A stretch of 64,000 nucleotides of DNA from Minisyncoccota bacterium (GCA_041666225.1 JBAYHJ010000003.1:17116-81115), one strand, 5' to 3'. Shown: positions 9,684 to 20,276, counted from the stretch's first letter. Numbers and translations are program-made. The notes: generated by a model not told the origin, from the sequence alone.

Positions 9684-9796
9684 ATGTGAATATGTAGTAT
9701 GTAGAGTGTAGAAAGTAGAAAGGAAAAACTAATTTGTTTTTAACCCCTACTACTTACTACCTACTACTTCCTACCTAATATTTATTAATAATCCTA

Positions 9797-10297
9797 TTAT
9801 ACCACGAGAGCATCTATTTCCTTGTCTATAACTTCTTCATTAATAGGACCAGTCTCTTCAGTCTTTATAGCTGGGCGACGTCTATTGTTACCATCTTGCT
9901 TGCCATAAGCACGTTTGACTGACATGGTATTCTCACGAACTGTTTTAATCATAAGATATCGAACAAGCTTTTCGTTCTTGTCCAAGATATCTTTTATAAT
10001 TTTAGCAGCTTCGGTCGTACATTCAAACTTTACCCAACCAAAATATCCATAAGAAAACTTTTGTTTCTTGTTATTAATAGAACGAGTCATTTCATAAGCT
10101 AATTCCATTAGTTTAGGATATTCATCAGAGATGAAAACAGCTCCTTTTTCTATAAACATATCTTTAAATATTGTGACTTCTTCACCTAAATTTTCTTCTG
10201 CGATTGTAGGCAACATCAAGTAACCTACTTCGTAAACGCTAAGACGAATTTCTTTTTCTTCGCCTACATTTTCTTCTACTATTTGCTTTTTTGCCAT
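9797..10297 (-). CDS. rpsF: 30S ribosomal protein S6 with an extended C-terminus
   Basis: YEVGYLMLP core and classic rpsF-ssb-rpsR gene order. Confidence 0.8.
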   Translation of the reverse strand: MAKKQIVEENVGEEKEIRLSVYEVGYLMLPTIAEENLGEEVTIFKDMFIEKGAVFISDEYPKLMELAYEMTRSINNKKQKFSYGYFGWVKFECTTEAAKIIKDILDKNEKLVRYLMIKTVRENTMSVKRAYGKQDGNNRRRPAIKTEETGPINEEVIDKEIDALVV

Positions 10298-10416
10298 AAG
10301 ATAATGCGTAAAAACGCGATAAATTGTTAATTTTAATACTATCTCGCTATGGACCAGTGTGTACCGACTTCAGGGTCGGTACAAACGAGATAAGACATAT
10401 ATTAACAAAAAAATCT

Positions 10417-11337
10417 CTAAATGTCAAAAAGTCGCTTTGCATTAGCAATTATAGCTTTTGCAACCTCCTCTTCATTTAAACCCTTGATTTCAGCTATTTT
10501 TTTGACTATCTCTCTCACATACACGGGCTCATTTCGCTTTCCTCTATGGGGCACTGGAGCCACATATGGGCTATCTGTATCAGTAAGTATCATATCTAAA
10601 GGTGTTTCTTTAATAACCCCAGTATAATCACAAATCTCCGGTTTTGGTTTATAAGTAATAGGCCCAGCAAATGAAATATAAATTCCTATTTCCACAAATC
10701 TTTTCATATCTTCTACACTTCCAGCAAAAAAATGCGACACCCCAATTGTTGGAAGTCCGACTTCCAACAATCTAGTTGAATGCTTTTTAATTAATTCATA
10801 AACATCAAAATAGGCATTGTGAGTTTTATCCGTTCCGTTATTTCGAACATGCAACATCAGGGGTAAACCAAGTTCATTGGCAAGTTCTATCTGAGCGATG
10901 AATGCAGTTTTTTGTTTTTCAATACTATCTTCATCTAAGTGGTAGTAATCAAGACCACATTCCCCTATCCCAACTACTTTGCCGAGCTTCGCAAGTTCTC
11001 TGTATTTCTCTTTATCAAATATTTCACCACGAGAAGTGAACTCTTGTCCTTCTTCTCCTAACTCACTAACATCATGATATGAAGCTCCAGTATGAATCGG
11101 ATGAAGTCCAATTGTTGCATAAACTCCTTCTGGATAATCATCGGTCATCTCAACTGCTTTTTTTGAAGTATCATATTGAGTGCCAATATTTATCACCCAA
11201 GTATTATTTTCCAAGGCACGAGAAATAACCGCATCTCTATCTTCTTCAAATGCTTTAAAATTTGTATGCGCATGTATATCTATGTATTTAAGCATAAAGT
11301 AAATATAGCATTTATAGGTAAAAAGAAAACCACCCAA
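10417..11337 (-). CDS. TatD-family metal-dependent deoxyribonuclease/hydrolase
   Basis: 306-aa TIM-barrel hydrolase with an N-terminal IDIHAHTNF His motif and conserved His/Asp/Glu residues. Confidence 0.8.
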   Translation of the reverse strand: MGGFLFTYKCYIYFMLKYIDIHAHTNFKAFEEDRDAVISRALENNTWVINIGTQYDTSKKAVEMTDDYPEGVYATIGLHPIHTGASYHDVSELGEEGQEFTSRGEIFDKEKYRELAKLGKVVGIGECGLDYYHLDEDSIEKQKTAFIAQIELANELGLPLMLHVRNNGTDKTHNAYFDVYELIKKHSTRLLEVGLPTIGVSHFFAGSVEDMKRFVEIGIYISFAGPITYKPKPEICDYTGVIKETPLDMILTDTDSPYVAPVPHRGKRNEPVYVREIVKKIAEIKGLNEEEVAKAIIANAKRLFDI

Positions 11338-11367
11338 AAAGTGGTTAACTTTTTAAGTGGTCAGATT

Positions 11368-11709
11368 TTAATTATCTTGTGTTTCTTCATCTTCTTCTCC
11401 ATTATCAGGCATAAAATATAAAAGTGAGGCTGTAGTAACACCTGATGCAAGCCCTAATACGCTTTCAGCTCCACTAATAGTTTGTAATTCTGGGGGAAGA
11501 ATGAACAATATTATACTTTTTATACCAATTATAATAGCCACACAAGCTGTTGTAATTAATAAAGAAAGATATACTGCTTTCAGATATTCAAGAATTTTTT
11601 TTGTTTTCATTTGTTTTGGATTTAGAATTGTTAAACATAAGATTTTTAAAAACTCCTTTTTAAAAGAATCTTTAAAAATCCTACGTCTACAAAAAATCCC
11701 AAATATCAA
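11368..11709 (-). CDS. Small membrane protein (hypothetical)
   Basis: ORF with two TM helices and an acidic C-terminus. The likely start is the internal MKTKKILEYLK. Confidence 0.3.
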   Translation of the reverse strand: MIFGIFCRRRIFKDSFKKEFLKILCLTILNPKQMKTKKILEYLKAVYLSLLITTACVAIIIGIKSIILFILPPELQTISGAESVLGLASGVTTASLLYFMPDNGEEDEETQDN

Positions 11710-11760
11710 AGAACTATACTATCTATATAGTATAGCATATTTGGAGTAGTATGTCAATAA

Positions 11761-13284
11761 CTAGTCTTTCCTTAAAAATAAAGGGTTTTCTGGTTTTTTG
11801 TTATCGCGGATTAATTGCTTTAGTTTTATATTTGTCTCTGGCATTATAGGATTTAGCATGCGAGCGATAGTGTAGAGTTTCAAAACTAAATCTTTAATCA
11901 TTTCCTTCCCTTTTTCTTCATCTACTTTCACAACTTTGAATGGTTGAGTTTCTTGAATTATTTTATCGAGTTCACTAATTTTTTCCCAAACATAATCAGC
12001 TGCTTTTTTCAAATCAAACTCTTCATAATTTTTGAAGTATTCTTTAAAATCTTCAAACTCAGGAATTTCTGGACACTTATCTAAATACTTTTCAGACAAA
12101 GTTAAAATGCGAGAAGATAAATTCCCCAATCCATTTGCAAGTCCTGAATTGTAAGCATCTTTAAATCGCTCAATCGTAAAGGGACTATCTTCAAAACTTC
12201 CCACTTCACGAAGAAGGAAATATCGAAGCGCATCTGTTCCATATTCAGCAACTACATCTCTAGGGTCTACGACATTACCAAGAGTTTTAGACATTCGTAT
12301 TCCACCCTCACCTGTTATAAAACCATTCACTATTATTTGGTGAGAATTTGGAACATCAGCAGCCATCAGCATCGCTTGCCACATGGCACTTTGAAAACGA
12401 GTATTGTCTTTACCACAATATTGAGTTGGTGTTCCATTCACCCAATATTTTTCAAAATTGGATTCCTCGCCCCCTGCTAAGGGGGAGATGCCGGAGGCAG
12501 AGGGGGTCTGGTTTGGCCACCCCAATGTTGAAATATAATTTACCAAAGCGTCAAACCATACATACATAACTTGGTTCTCATCCCCAGGTACTGCTATCCC
12601 CCATGGCATTTTCTCTTTCAATCGAGAGATTGAAAAATCTTGCAGGCCACTTTTAACAAAGTTTTTAATTTCATTTAAGCGAAATTCTGGAACAACAAAA
12701 TTTGGGTTTTTTTCATATAGTTCAAGTAGTCTATCTCCAAATGCAGAATATTTAAAGAAATAATTTTCTTCATTTATTATTTTAAGAGGAGTACCTGGGT
12801 GGTCAACGCATTCTCCATTTACAAGTTCACTATCAGTCTTTTCACTTTCACAACCAACACAATATTTAGCTTCATAAGTTTTTTTATAAATATATCCATT
12901 GTCAGATACCCTCTTCCAAAATTCTTGAGCCGCTTTTTCGTGATTTTTGTCAGTCGTACGAATATAATGGATATCATCACAAACACCAAACATTTTTAAT
13001 TGCTCTTTGAAAGTTACAAATCCAGCGTCGACAAATTCTTGGGCTGTTTTACCTTGTTCTTTGGCTTTCTCAAATATCTTTAAACCATGTTCATCGGTTC
13101 CAGTATTAAAATACACATCATAACCAATAAGCTTTTTATAACGAGCGATAGTATCAGCACGGACAAATTCAAGGGCATGACCCATGTGAAGTGGTGCATT
13201 TACATAAGGAAGAGTAGTTGTGAGATAAAACGATTTCTTCATATTATTCAGTCTTGGAGAGAATTTTTTTCTTTTCCAAATCAT
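11761..13284 (-). CDS. metG: Methionyl-tRNA synthetase
   Basis: Class I HIGH-type motif (PLHMGHALEF) and KMSKT motif. The likely start is the internal MKKSFYLTTTLPY. Confidence 0.9.
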   Translation of the reverse strand: MIWKRKKFSPRLNNMKKSFYLTTTLPYVNAPLHMGHALEFVRADTIARYKKLIGYDVYFNTGTDEHGLKIFEKAKEQGKTAQEFVDAGFVTFKEQLKMFGVCDDIHYIRTTDKNHEKAAQEFWKRVSDNGYIYKKTYEAKYCVGCESEKTDSELVNGECVDHPGTPLKIINEENYFFKYSAFGDRLLELYEKNPNFVVPEFRLNEIKNFVKSGLQDFSISRLKEKMPWGIAVPGDENQVMYVWFDALVNYISTLGWPNQTPSASGISPLAGGEESNFEKYWVNGTPTQYCGKDNTRFQSAMWQAMLMAADVPNSHQIIVNGFITGEGGIRMSKTLGNVVDPRDVVAEYGTDALRYFLLREVGSFEDSPFTIERFKDAYNSGLANGLGNLSSRILTLSEKYLDKCPEIPEFEDFKEYFKNYEEFDLKKAADYVWEKISELDKIIQETQPFKVVKVDEEKGKEMIKDLVLKLYTIARMLNPIMPETNIKLKQLIRDNKKPENPLFLRKD

Positions 13285-14311
13285 CTAAAAATTCTAATAA
13301 ACAAACAGCTGCAGGTATCGCAAGTATTACCCCTAAAAATCCAGCCAGTTCTGCACCAATAATAATTGAAAGAATAACAACAAGTGGAGATATGCCGATA
13401 ATTTTTTTAATTATCAAAGGATATATCAAATAATTTTCAAATTGATGCAAAACAAAATACAAACCAAATGACAATAACGCCATAGTAACTCCCCCATCAA
13501 GATATCCGAAGAGTGTCACAGGGACCATCGCCAAGAAAATTCCAAAAGGAACAAGTTCACAAAATGCCGTCAAAATAGCGAGCACGAGTGAGTACTTAAC
13601 TCCTAAAATAGTAAGTCCTAGATAAGCAAGAATTCCAATAATAAGCCCAAGCAACATTTGTCCTTGCACCCAACGACCAATCTTGTGTTCTGTACGTTGC
13701 CAAAGGTCAATAATATACTCTTCGCTCTTACTTGGAGTAATAATACGCAAAAAGTTCTCAATACCCTTCTCGGTAATTGAAAGATAAAAAGAAATAATTA
13801 CAATGAAAAAGAAATTCAACAATCCCCCAAAGGCTCCACCAAAGACATCCATAAAACCACCAGAAAAACCATTGATTAGTGTCTGTGTACTTTTTATAAC
13901 TTCACCGATAGATGCATTTTTGGAAATATTTGAAACTACATCTTTCGCTCCAGAAATCGTATCTGGCTGGAATGAATTTAAGATACTGCTGTTGGGAATA
14001 TACTGACTAAGTGATGCTACCAAAGTAGACATTTCTTCTATAAAAACAGGCATAAAAACAGAGAGTAAACTTATTACCACACTAATAGTCAAAACATAGA
14101 TAAGTAATACAGCAAATGTTCTATTTTTAATATATGGTTTAATTTTCTTAACAGCAGATTCCACAAAAGAAGCAATCACAATCGCCACGAGAATAACCAA
14201 GACCAAATTAAATAATTTAATAACAGCAAAAACTAAAGCTCCCATAAGGAGTATTTTTACTAAAGTGTTGGTTGAAATACTTATGTGCATATTTTTAATT
14301 TTATTATCCAT
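13244..14311 (-). CDS. AI-2E family transporter (PerM/UPF0118)
   Basis: 355 aa, about 8 TM segments, conserved AI-2E region (LWQRTEHKIGRWVQGQ). Confidence 0.75.
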   Translation of the reverse strand: MDNKIKNMHISISTNTLVKILLMGALVFAVIKLFNLVLVILVAIVIASFVESAVKKIKPYIKNRTFAVLLIYVLTISVVISLLSVFMPVFIEEMSTLVASLSQYIPNSSILNSFQPDTISGAKDVVSNISKNASIGEVIKSTQTLINGFSGGFMDVFGGAFGGLLNFFFIVIISFYLSITEKGIENFLRIITPSKSEEYIIDLWQRTEHKIGRWVQGQMLLGLIIGILAYLGLTILGVKYSLVLAILTAFCELVPFGIFLAMVPVTLFGYLDGGVTMALLSFGLYFVLHQFENYLIYPLIIKKIIGISPLVVILSIIIGAELAGFLGVILAIPAAVCLLEFLDDLEKKKILSKTE

Positions 14312-14341
14312 ATATCTAATAATAACACATTTGTAAATTAA

Positions 14342-15613
14342 TTAGAATTTGAGTATTTTTTTAAATTCATCTCCATTTTTAAATGGACCAATTATAGCTA
14401 GATTTAAATTTTTTGTTTTAAAGATAATTTTTGCCATTTTTTGAATATCACTTGAAGTTACGCTTTTTATTTCTTTTATTTTTTCTTCAAGAGTTTTTAT
14501 TTCTTTTTTCATCAATTCTTGACCACCATAGAAGTTTGCAATATCATCAGTTGCTTCAAGCGACATTTTCATATTACCAATTATTAGCGACTTTACTTTA
14601 TCCAATTCCCTATCGCCCACTTTCTCTTTCACTAAAAGATTACACTCTTTAATAATTTCTTTTATAACTTCTTCTGTCCGAATATTGTTTACTCCGGCTG
14701 AAATCTGAAATGAGCCATGGTCAAGCGAGGGTTGGTTTGAAGCTCTCACATAATAAGCTACTCCCATCTCTTCGCGAAGCTTAGAGAAAAGTCTTGAACT
14801 CATACCTGCACCCAAAACTCCAGAGAGAAGTGAGAGTGTGGTATTTCTCTTGTCGAATAAATCAAAACTTCTAACTCCTAAAACAAAGTGCGTTTGATCT
14901 GTCTCTTTATACTTCACTAAAACAGTAGGTTCTTTTTGTGTATCTTTAGTTTTTATTTTTTTATTATTTGCTGAAGTTGATGCCTCTTTAAAATAAATAC
15001 CCGCTTCTTTATAGACCTCATCACTTGTAATATTGCCTGATACAACTACTACAGTGTTGCCTGTCACATAATGACTCTTTTTATAATTTACAAAATTATC
15101 ACGAATCATTTTATTTATATTTTCTTTCGTTCCCAGCGTACTCCTTCCTGCTGGTTGATCACCATACAAAACTTCAGTAAATAAATCCTGCACGTGGGAA
15201 GCTGGCATATCTTCATACATATTTATTTCTTCGATTATAACTCCCTTCTCTTTTTGCATTTCAGTTTCAGGAAAAGTCGAATTTAAATATACATCTGTCA
15301 CTATATCAAACATTTGTTTAAAATTTTTGGCATCTCCTTTGGCGTAGTATCCCGTATATTCGCTCCCAGTAAATGCATTATATTGGCACCCGAGAGCATC
15401 AAGCTCATGTGAAATAATCTGCGAATTAGGTCTTTTAATCGTGCCCTTAAAACACATATGCTCTAGGAAATGTGAAATACCATTTATTTCTTTAGGTTCA
15501 TAATCACTCCCTGTACCCACTAAAACCAAGACCGTCACAGTTGGGTTATCTTTCATTGGTATAGTTACAACACGTAATCCATTTTTAAATATTTTCTTTT
15601 TGGCTTTTATCAT
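14342..15613 (-). CDS. M16-family zinc peptidase (insulinase-like)
   Basis: Inverted zinc-binding motif HFLEHMCFKGT (HxxEH). Confidence 0.8.
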   Translation of the reverse strand: MIKAKKKIFKNGLRVVTIPMKDNPTVTVLVLVGTGSDYEPKEINGISHFLEHMCFKGTIKRPNSQIISHELDALGCQYNAFTGSEYTGYYAKGDAKNFKQMFDIVTDVYLNSTFPETEMQKEKGVIIEEINMYEDMPASHVQDLFTEVLYGDQPAGRSTLGTKENINKMIRDNFVNYKKSHYVTGNTVVVVSGNITSDEVYKEAGIYFKEASTSANNKKIKTKDTQKEPTVLVKYKETDQTHFVLGVRSFDLFDKRNTTLSLLSGVLGAGMSSRLFSKLREEMGVAYYVRASNQPSLDHGSFQISAGVNNIRTEEVIKEIIKECNLLVKEKVGDRELDKVKSLIIGNMKMSLEATDDIANFYGGQELMKKEIKTLEEKIKEIKSVTSSDIQKMAKIIFKTKNLNLAIIGPFKNGDEFKKILKF

Positions 15614-15679
15614 AAGGCTATATTACCATATTTACCCACATTAAAAAACTTCCCATAGGTCAGACCTATGGGAAGTTTT

Positions 15680-17083
15680 TTAATTCATTTTATCTTTTAT
15701 ATAATCTATGATTTCATCTTTTTTGACTCGCTCTTGAGTGCCTGTATCACGATCACGAATTGTCACACAATCATCAGTCAAAGTATCAAAATCTATAACG
15801 ATACACCATGGTGTCCCTATCTCATCCTGTCTTCTGTAGCGCTTACCAATGTTACCATTGTCGTCATAAGCGACCCAACCAAACTCCTTTTTTAATTCTC
15901 CAAAAATTGTTCTTGCGTAAGAAATAAGTTCCGGTTTGTTTTTTAGTAGTGGAGAGACACAAACTTTATATGGAGCGATTGATGGTGGAAACTTCAAATA
16001 AACTCTTGAGTTATCACCTTCACCATCTTCTCTATAAGCAGAGCATAACAATGCAAGAATTGCTCTGTCTACACTAATTGTCGGCTCTAAAACATGCGGA
16101 ATAAATTTTTCTCCAGTTTTATCGTCTAACATTTCCATTGATTCCCCGGAAAATTCTTGATGTCTTTTTAAATCGTAATCTCCCCTATGGGCAAGACCTG
16201 TTAATTCTTTAATTCCAAACGGATAAGCAAATTCTAAATCAACAGTTTTTTTACTATAATGAGCTCGAGCTTGCTCAGGGTGTTCAAGTGGTGAAAGTTT
16301 AGTTGAATCAACTCCAATCTTTGAGAGCCACTCTTTTTGTTCTAATAAAAAATTATCAAAAAATGCTTCCCATGGAGAACTTGGATGAATAAAATATTCA
16401 AATTCCATTATTTCAAATTCGCGTAGACGATATATAAAATCTCTTGGAGTTATTTCATTTCTGAAAGCTTTACCTTTTTGTGCAATTCCAAAAGGAACTT
16501 TTGGAGACAAAGATTGTAAAACATTTTTAAAACTAACAAACATACTCTGAGCTTCTTCTGGACGTAGATACGTCTTTACTGCTGTTTCTTCAACTGCCCC
16601 CATTTTTGTCTCAAGCATTAGGTTGAAACGACGAACATCTGAAAGTTGATTACCGTCTGGACTCTTAATTCCGAGTTCTTTTATTTTCTCACCCATTTCT
16701 TCAATTGTAAGTTTTTCAGCATTTACACCAGCATCTTCAAGTAAATGATCTGCTCTATATCTTTTCTTTGTAACTAAATCATCAACTAACGGGTCGATAA
16801 ATTCACTTGTGTGGCCTGAAGCATCCCAAACTTTTGGATGCATTAATATGGGTGTATCTATAAGATAAATATTTTCTCTACTACGAATAAAATAATCAAC
16901 CCAGGAATCTTCTATATTTTTTTTGAGCAATGATCCAAGCGGACCGTAGTCATACGTCCCTGAAAGACCTCCATAAATTTCTGATCCTGGATAGATAAAT
17001 CCACGCCTTTTACAAAGTGATATAATTTTCTCCATTAAATTGTTTTCTTGTTTTTGCATTTGATTCTGATTTAGTAAAATCAC
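15680..17083 (-). CDS. glyQS: Glycyl-tRNA synthetase (alpha2, archaeal/eukaryotic type)
   Basis: N-terminal LCKRRGFIYPGSEIYGGLSGTYDYGPLG is the GlyRS class II signature. Length 467 aa. Confidence 0.88.
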   Translation of the reverse strand: MILLNQNQMQKQENNLMEKIISLCKRRGFIYPGSEIYGGLSGTYDYGPLGSLLKKNIEDSWVDYFIRSRENIYLIDTPILMHPKVWDASGHTSEFIDPLVDDLVTKKRYRADHLLEDAGVNAEKLTIEEMGEKIKELGIKSPDGNQLSDVRRFNLMLETKMGAVEETAVKTYLRPEEAQSMFVSFKNVLQSLSPKVPFGIAQKGKAFRNEITPRDFIYRLREFEIMEFEYFIHPSSPWEAFFDNFLLEQKEWLSKIGVDSTKLSPLEHPEQARAHYSKKTVDLEFAYPFGIKELTGLAHRGDYDLKRHQEFSGESMEMLDDKTGEKFIPHVLEPTISVDRAILALLCSAYREDGEGDNSRVYLKFPPSIAPYKVCVSPLLKNKPELISYARTIFGELKKEFGWVAYDDNGNIGKRYRRQDEIGTPWCIVIDFDTLTDDCVTIRDRDTGTQERVKKDEIIDYIKDKMN

Positions 17084-17147
17084 CTCATTCAGTAGGATGA
17101 CCTACTTGGTACTTGGTAATTCTTAATTATTAATTATTAATTATTAA

Positions 17148-19046
17148 TTATCTTACTACTCTCCCATTACTCGATGGTGCATTTGGATCATTTGTTAACT
17201 GAGTTGTGATAGGGCCACGAGTACTTTTAATTACAGTATTAGAAAATGTATCTGTTCCTGTTAGATAAACTTCTTTCATCAATTGAGGGAGACTTCCAAC
17301 TTGAGTCAACGACGGTTTTAGAGAAATTATAAAAGATGCCTCTCTATTCAAATTTATTCCCGTATTAGGAGACACTGATCCAATGTCCCAGATTACCTCA
17401 TGAGTTACATCATTATAAGTAACTCCTTGTATATCTCCAGTTGCTAAACCTACCCATTTTACATATATCGGCAAAGCCGCATGAGCCTCAGCCCCTGTTA
17501 TATTATTTGCAGAATTTGAAAGAGTCCAAGTAACCTTATACTTTGTTTCAGTATCTGCCTTTGGAGGAATACTTCCAGAATAGTACGAGGCAGATGTTGC
17601 TATTTGAAAATTAGATAATACTTTTACTATTTTTTCAGAAAAATTATTTATCTCATCATAAGTAGCTCCTAAAAGAGGTTCTCTTCCTTTAATACTTACT
17701 TTTATAGAAACCTGAGGATTTTTAATTGTTGATAGGCCAATAAGAGAAGTAGGTTTAAAACTAAATGAAATATTTCCTTTTTCTCCAGGATTTATTTCAG
17801 CTAAACTAGAAACAGAATTTCTGTCCCAAATAATTTGATCATTTGATGAATCATAAAAACCATTACCTGGATTAACAGTACTTTTATCAAAAACATTACC
17901 AGACAAAGTTACAATAATTTGCCCATCCGTTATGCGTGTAGATAAATTATTTGCCCAATTTATTTCTGCGTTGACTGTTCCTCCACCTACAATAGTATAC
18001 TCAGGCTGATCAAGTCCATTGACTAGAATATTTGCTTCTAAGAATGGTTTTACTATTGAAATTTTTTGCAAAATAGAACTATAGATAACATTGACAACAG
18101 ATTGATTCATACCATTTGTAGTTCCTGCATACGCATGGAACACCTGCTCTTCACCATCTTGGCCTATCAAACGTCCTTTTATTTCAACAACTACTGGATT
18201 TGTGGGAGTTAAGGCTGAAAGATCCCAAACAGAATTACCTAAAATGGGTGCGGGAATAGCACTCTCAAACATAAAATTATTTGGATATGTCACTTGGAGA
18301 ATCGAATTACTCTCTGGTAAAGAAGTATTGAGATTTGCTGTAATTTTAAAAGATATTGTTTGATTAGAAGTAACACTATTGGGAGATTCTAAATTTAAAG
18401 ATAGAGGAGCTAAACTTATTGTTACTGGATAAAATTTATCTTTAGTAAAAATAGCATTTGACCCTTCGGGATGATATTCCAAACTAACTTTAATATTTCT
18501 AATAGATTTTTCTTCTCCATATAGTTTAACTTTTACAGTCCTTATCACAACCTCGCCTGATTTGATAGTCCCAATCGAATCACGAGGAATACGTACAACG
18601 TCAGCAGTATTATCTCCTGCTCCTTTAGGATATTCAACAATGAGATTCACAAATTCAAGACTGGCATTATTTTTATTAGAAACTTCAATCTGAAGAGAAA
18701 GCTCATCTCCCCCTTTTGTAAAAGCATTACCAATAACTTGTATATCTATCTTATCACTAGAAACAGAGGAATCATTGTTATAAAATTTATAAAAAGCAAA
18801 ACCTAAAGCTGCAATAAAAAAAATAACGGAAACGAGAAAAAATTTTTTAAATATAGATACTGGTGGCTTTTTAAATTTATTATTCATACCTTCGTCTTTT
18901 TTTATTTGACTATCTTGCCAATCTAGAGATACATTATGATTCACTTGGTGCAGAATTCCCTCTCTTTGATGTCCTATAGATTTATTGTTTGGATCATAGA
19001 GGTGTATTTTTACATCTTCAATTTTATTTTTATCTTCTTCTTGCAT
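17148..19046 (-). CDS. Large membrane-anchored surface protein (hypothetical)
   Basis: 632 aa with one N-terminal TM segment and a long extracytoplasmic beta-rich region. Confidence 0.5.
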   Translation of the reverse strand: MQEEDKNKIEDVKIHLYDPNNKSIGHQREGILHQVNHNVSLDWQDSQIKKDEGMNNKFKKPPVSIFKKFFLVSVIFFIAALGFAFYKFYNNDSSVSSDKIDIQVIGNAFTKGGDELSLQIEVSNKNNASLEFVNLIVEYPKGAGDNTADVVRIPRDSIGTIKSGEVVIRTVKVKLYGEEKSIRNIKVSLEYHPEGSNAIFTKDKFYPVTISLAPLSLNLESPNSVTSNQTISFKITANLNTSLPESNSILQVTYPNNFMFESAIPAPILGNSVWDLSALTPTNPVVVEIKGRLIGQDGEEQVFHAYAGTTNGMNQSVVNVIYSSILQKISIVKPFLEANILVNGLDQPEYTIVGGGTVNAEINWANNLSTRITDGQIIVTLSGNVFDKSTVNPGNGFYDSSNDQIIWDRNSVSSLAEINPGEKGNISFSFKPTSLIGLSTIKNPQVSIKVSIKGREPLLGATYDEINNFSEKIVKVLSNFQIATSASYYSGSIPPKADTETKYKVTWTLSNSANNITGAEAHAALPIYVKWVGLATGDIQGVTYNDVTHEVIWDIGSVSPNTGINLNREASFIISLKPSLTQVGSLPQLMKEVYLTGTDTFSNTVIKSTRGPITTQLTNDPNAPSSNGRVVR

Positions 19047-19071
19047 ATTAATCTATTATATCATAAATATT

Positions 19072-19656
19072 TTATAATTGACTCTCGTTCAAAGCTTTAT
19101 TTATATGGGCAATTATTGACTGACGCTCCTTAAGAAGAGCTTCCGTTTTACTATGATCGAATGAAGATTCTAAATATTTTGCTAACATATCAGAGTCACC
19201 AATATAACCAAGGCTATTCATAATACGAAGAACTAAATGAAGCTCAAGTGCTTCACGAGATTTAGTTTCAATATCATCAGTATCTAATATATATAGTGCT
19301 TGTATAAAATCGTCAAAAATCTCTTCACTTGGACCTTCCCCATTACAAAGTCGCTCAAGCAAACTACTAACTCGAGTTATAAGTAGAAGTGATTGAGAAG
19401 AACTTCGAGCAAGTGGAAATGAAGTTATATGTTTAGCAGAAGTCACACGCCACAATTCTTTACCACGAACAAGATCTACATTTACATAAGAAAAATCCTG
19501 CAAAGTGAAACGGAGCTTTGATTTGTGTAAACGAACCCCCTGTGCAGCCGCATGAACCAAACCCATCTCGCGGGTATAAATCGTGAGCATTTTATTCGCT
19601 TCACCTCGATTACGAGATGAAAGTATAAATCCATGAGTGTGATAAATATGATGCAT
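19072..19656 (-). CDS. recO: DNA repair protein RecO (short form lacking the C-terminal Zn module)
   Basis: N-terminal OB-fold pattern (HGFILSSRNRGEANKMLTIYTREMGLVHAAAQGVRLHKSKL) and a helical domain. Confidence 0.6.
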   Translation of the reverse strand: MHHIYHTHGFILSSRNRGEANKMLTIYTREMGLVHAAAQGVRLHKSKLRFTLQDFSYVNVDLVRGKELWRVTSAKHITSFPLARSSSQSLLLITRVSSLLERLCNGEGPSEEIFDDFIQALYILDTDDIETKSREALELHLVLRIMNSLGYIGDSDMLAKYLESSFDHSKTEALLKERQSIIAHINKALNESQL

Positions 19657-19678
19657 TGCTATAATTACTAATTAACAA

Positions 19679-20272
19679 TTACTGATTACTAATTATAATT
19701 TCTTTTAATATTTTCAAAAGTTCAGGAAACTCATACATGACTGGTTCAGCTAAAATATAGAAATGCCCTCCTTTTTCTGTTGTTATAAATTCACAATCAA
19801 GGGCTTTAGATATTTCTTCAGCTTGCCAAAACGGAACAGCTGGATCATCTTTACTATGTAAGACTACAAACTTTTCAGCTTTATTCTTTACTTTATCTAA
19901 ATCAATCTTAGGAGCCACGAAAGAATCAATTGCTCTATAAACACTTTGTTCATTTTCTGGTTCCAATGAACTTATTAAACCAGACACTAAAACAACATAG
20001 GGAATTTTCTTATTTTCATGAATAGATTCTAGATACTTTAATATTGCCGTTGCCCCTAAAGAGTGCCCCACCAAAAATATCTCCTCTTCCGGCGCATTAT
20101 CAACTGCGTGAGAAATTTCTTCTACCCATTTTGAAACAACTGGTTTTTTTGAATCAGGCATAGGCAAGACACAAGCATAAGTTTTATCTTTTGCTAATTC
20201 TTTCATTATCCAAGGTAACCACCCAGCATTAGGTATACCACCAAATCCATGTACGATAAATACTTTTTTCAT
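19679..20272 (-). CDS. Alpha/beta-hydrolase fold esterase (YdeN/RBBP9-like)
   Basis: 197 aa with GHSLGA nucleophile elbow and HGFGG N-terminal motif. Confidence 0.7.
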   Translation of the reverse strand: MKKVFIVHGFGGIPNAGWLPWIMKELAKDKTYACVLPMPDSKKPVVSKWVEEISHAVDNAPEEEIFLVGHSLGATAILKYLESIHENKKIPYVVLVSGLISSLEPENEQSVYRAIDSFVAPKIDLDKVKNKAEKFVVLHSKDDPAVPFWQAEEISKALDCEFITTEKGGHFYILAEPVMYEFPELLKILKEIIISNQ

Positions 20273-20276
20273 TCTT

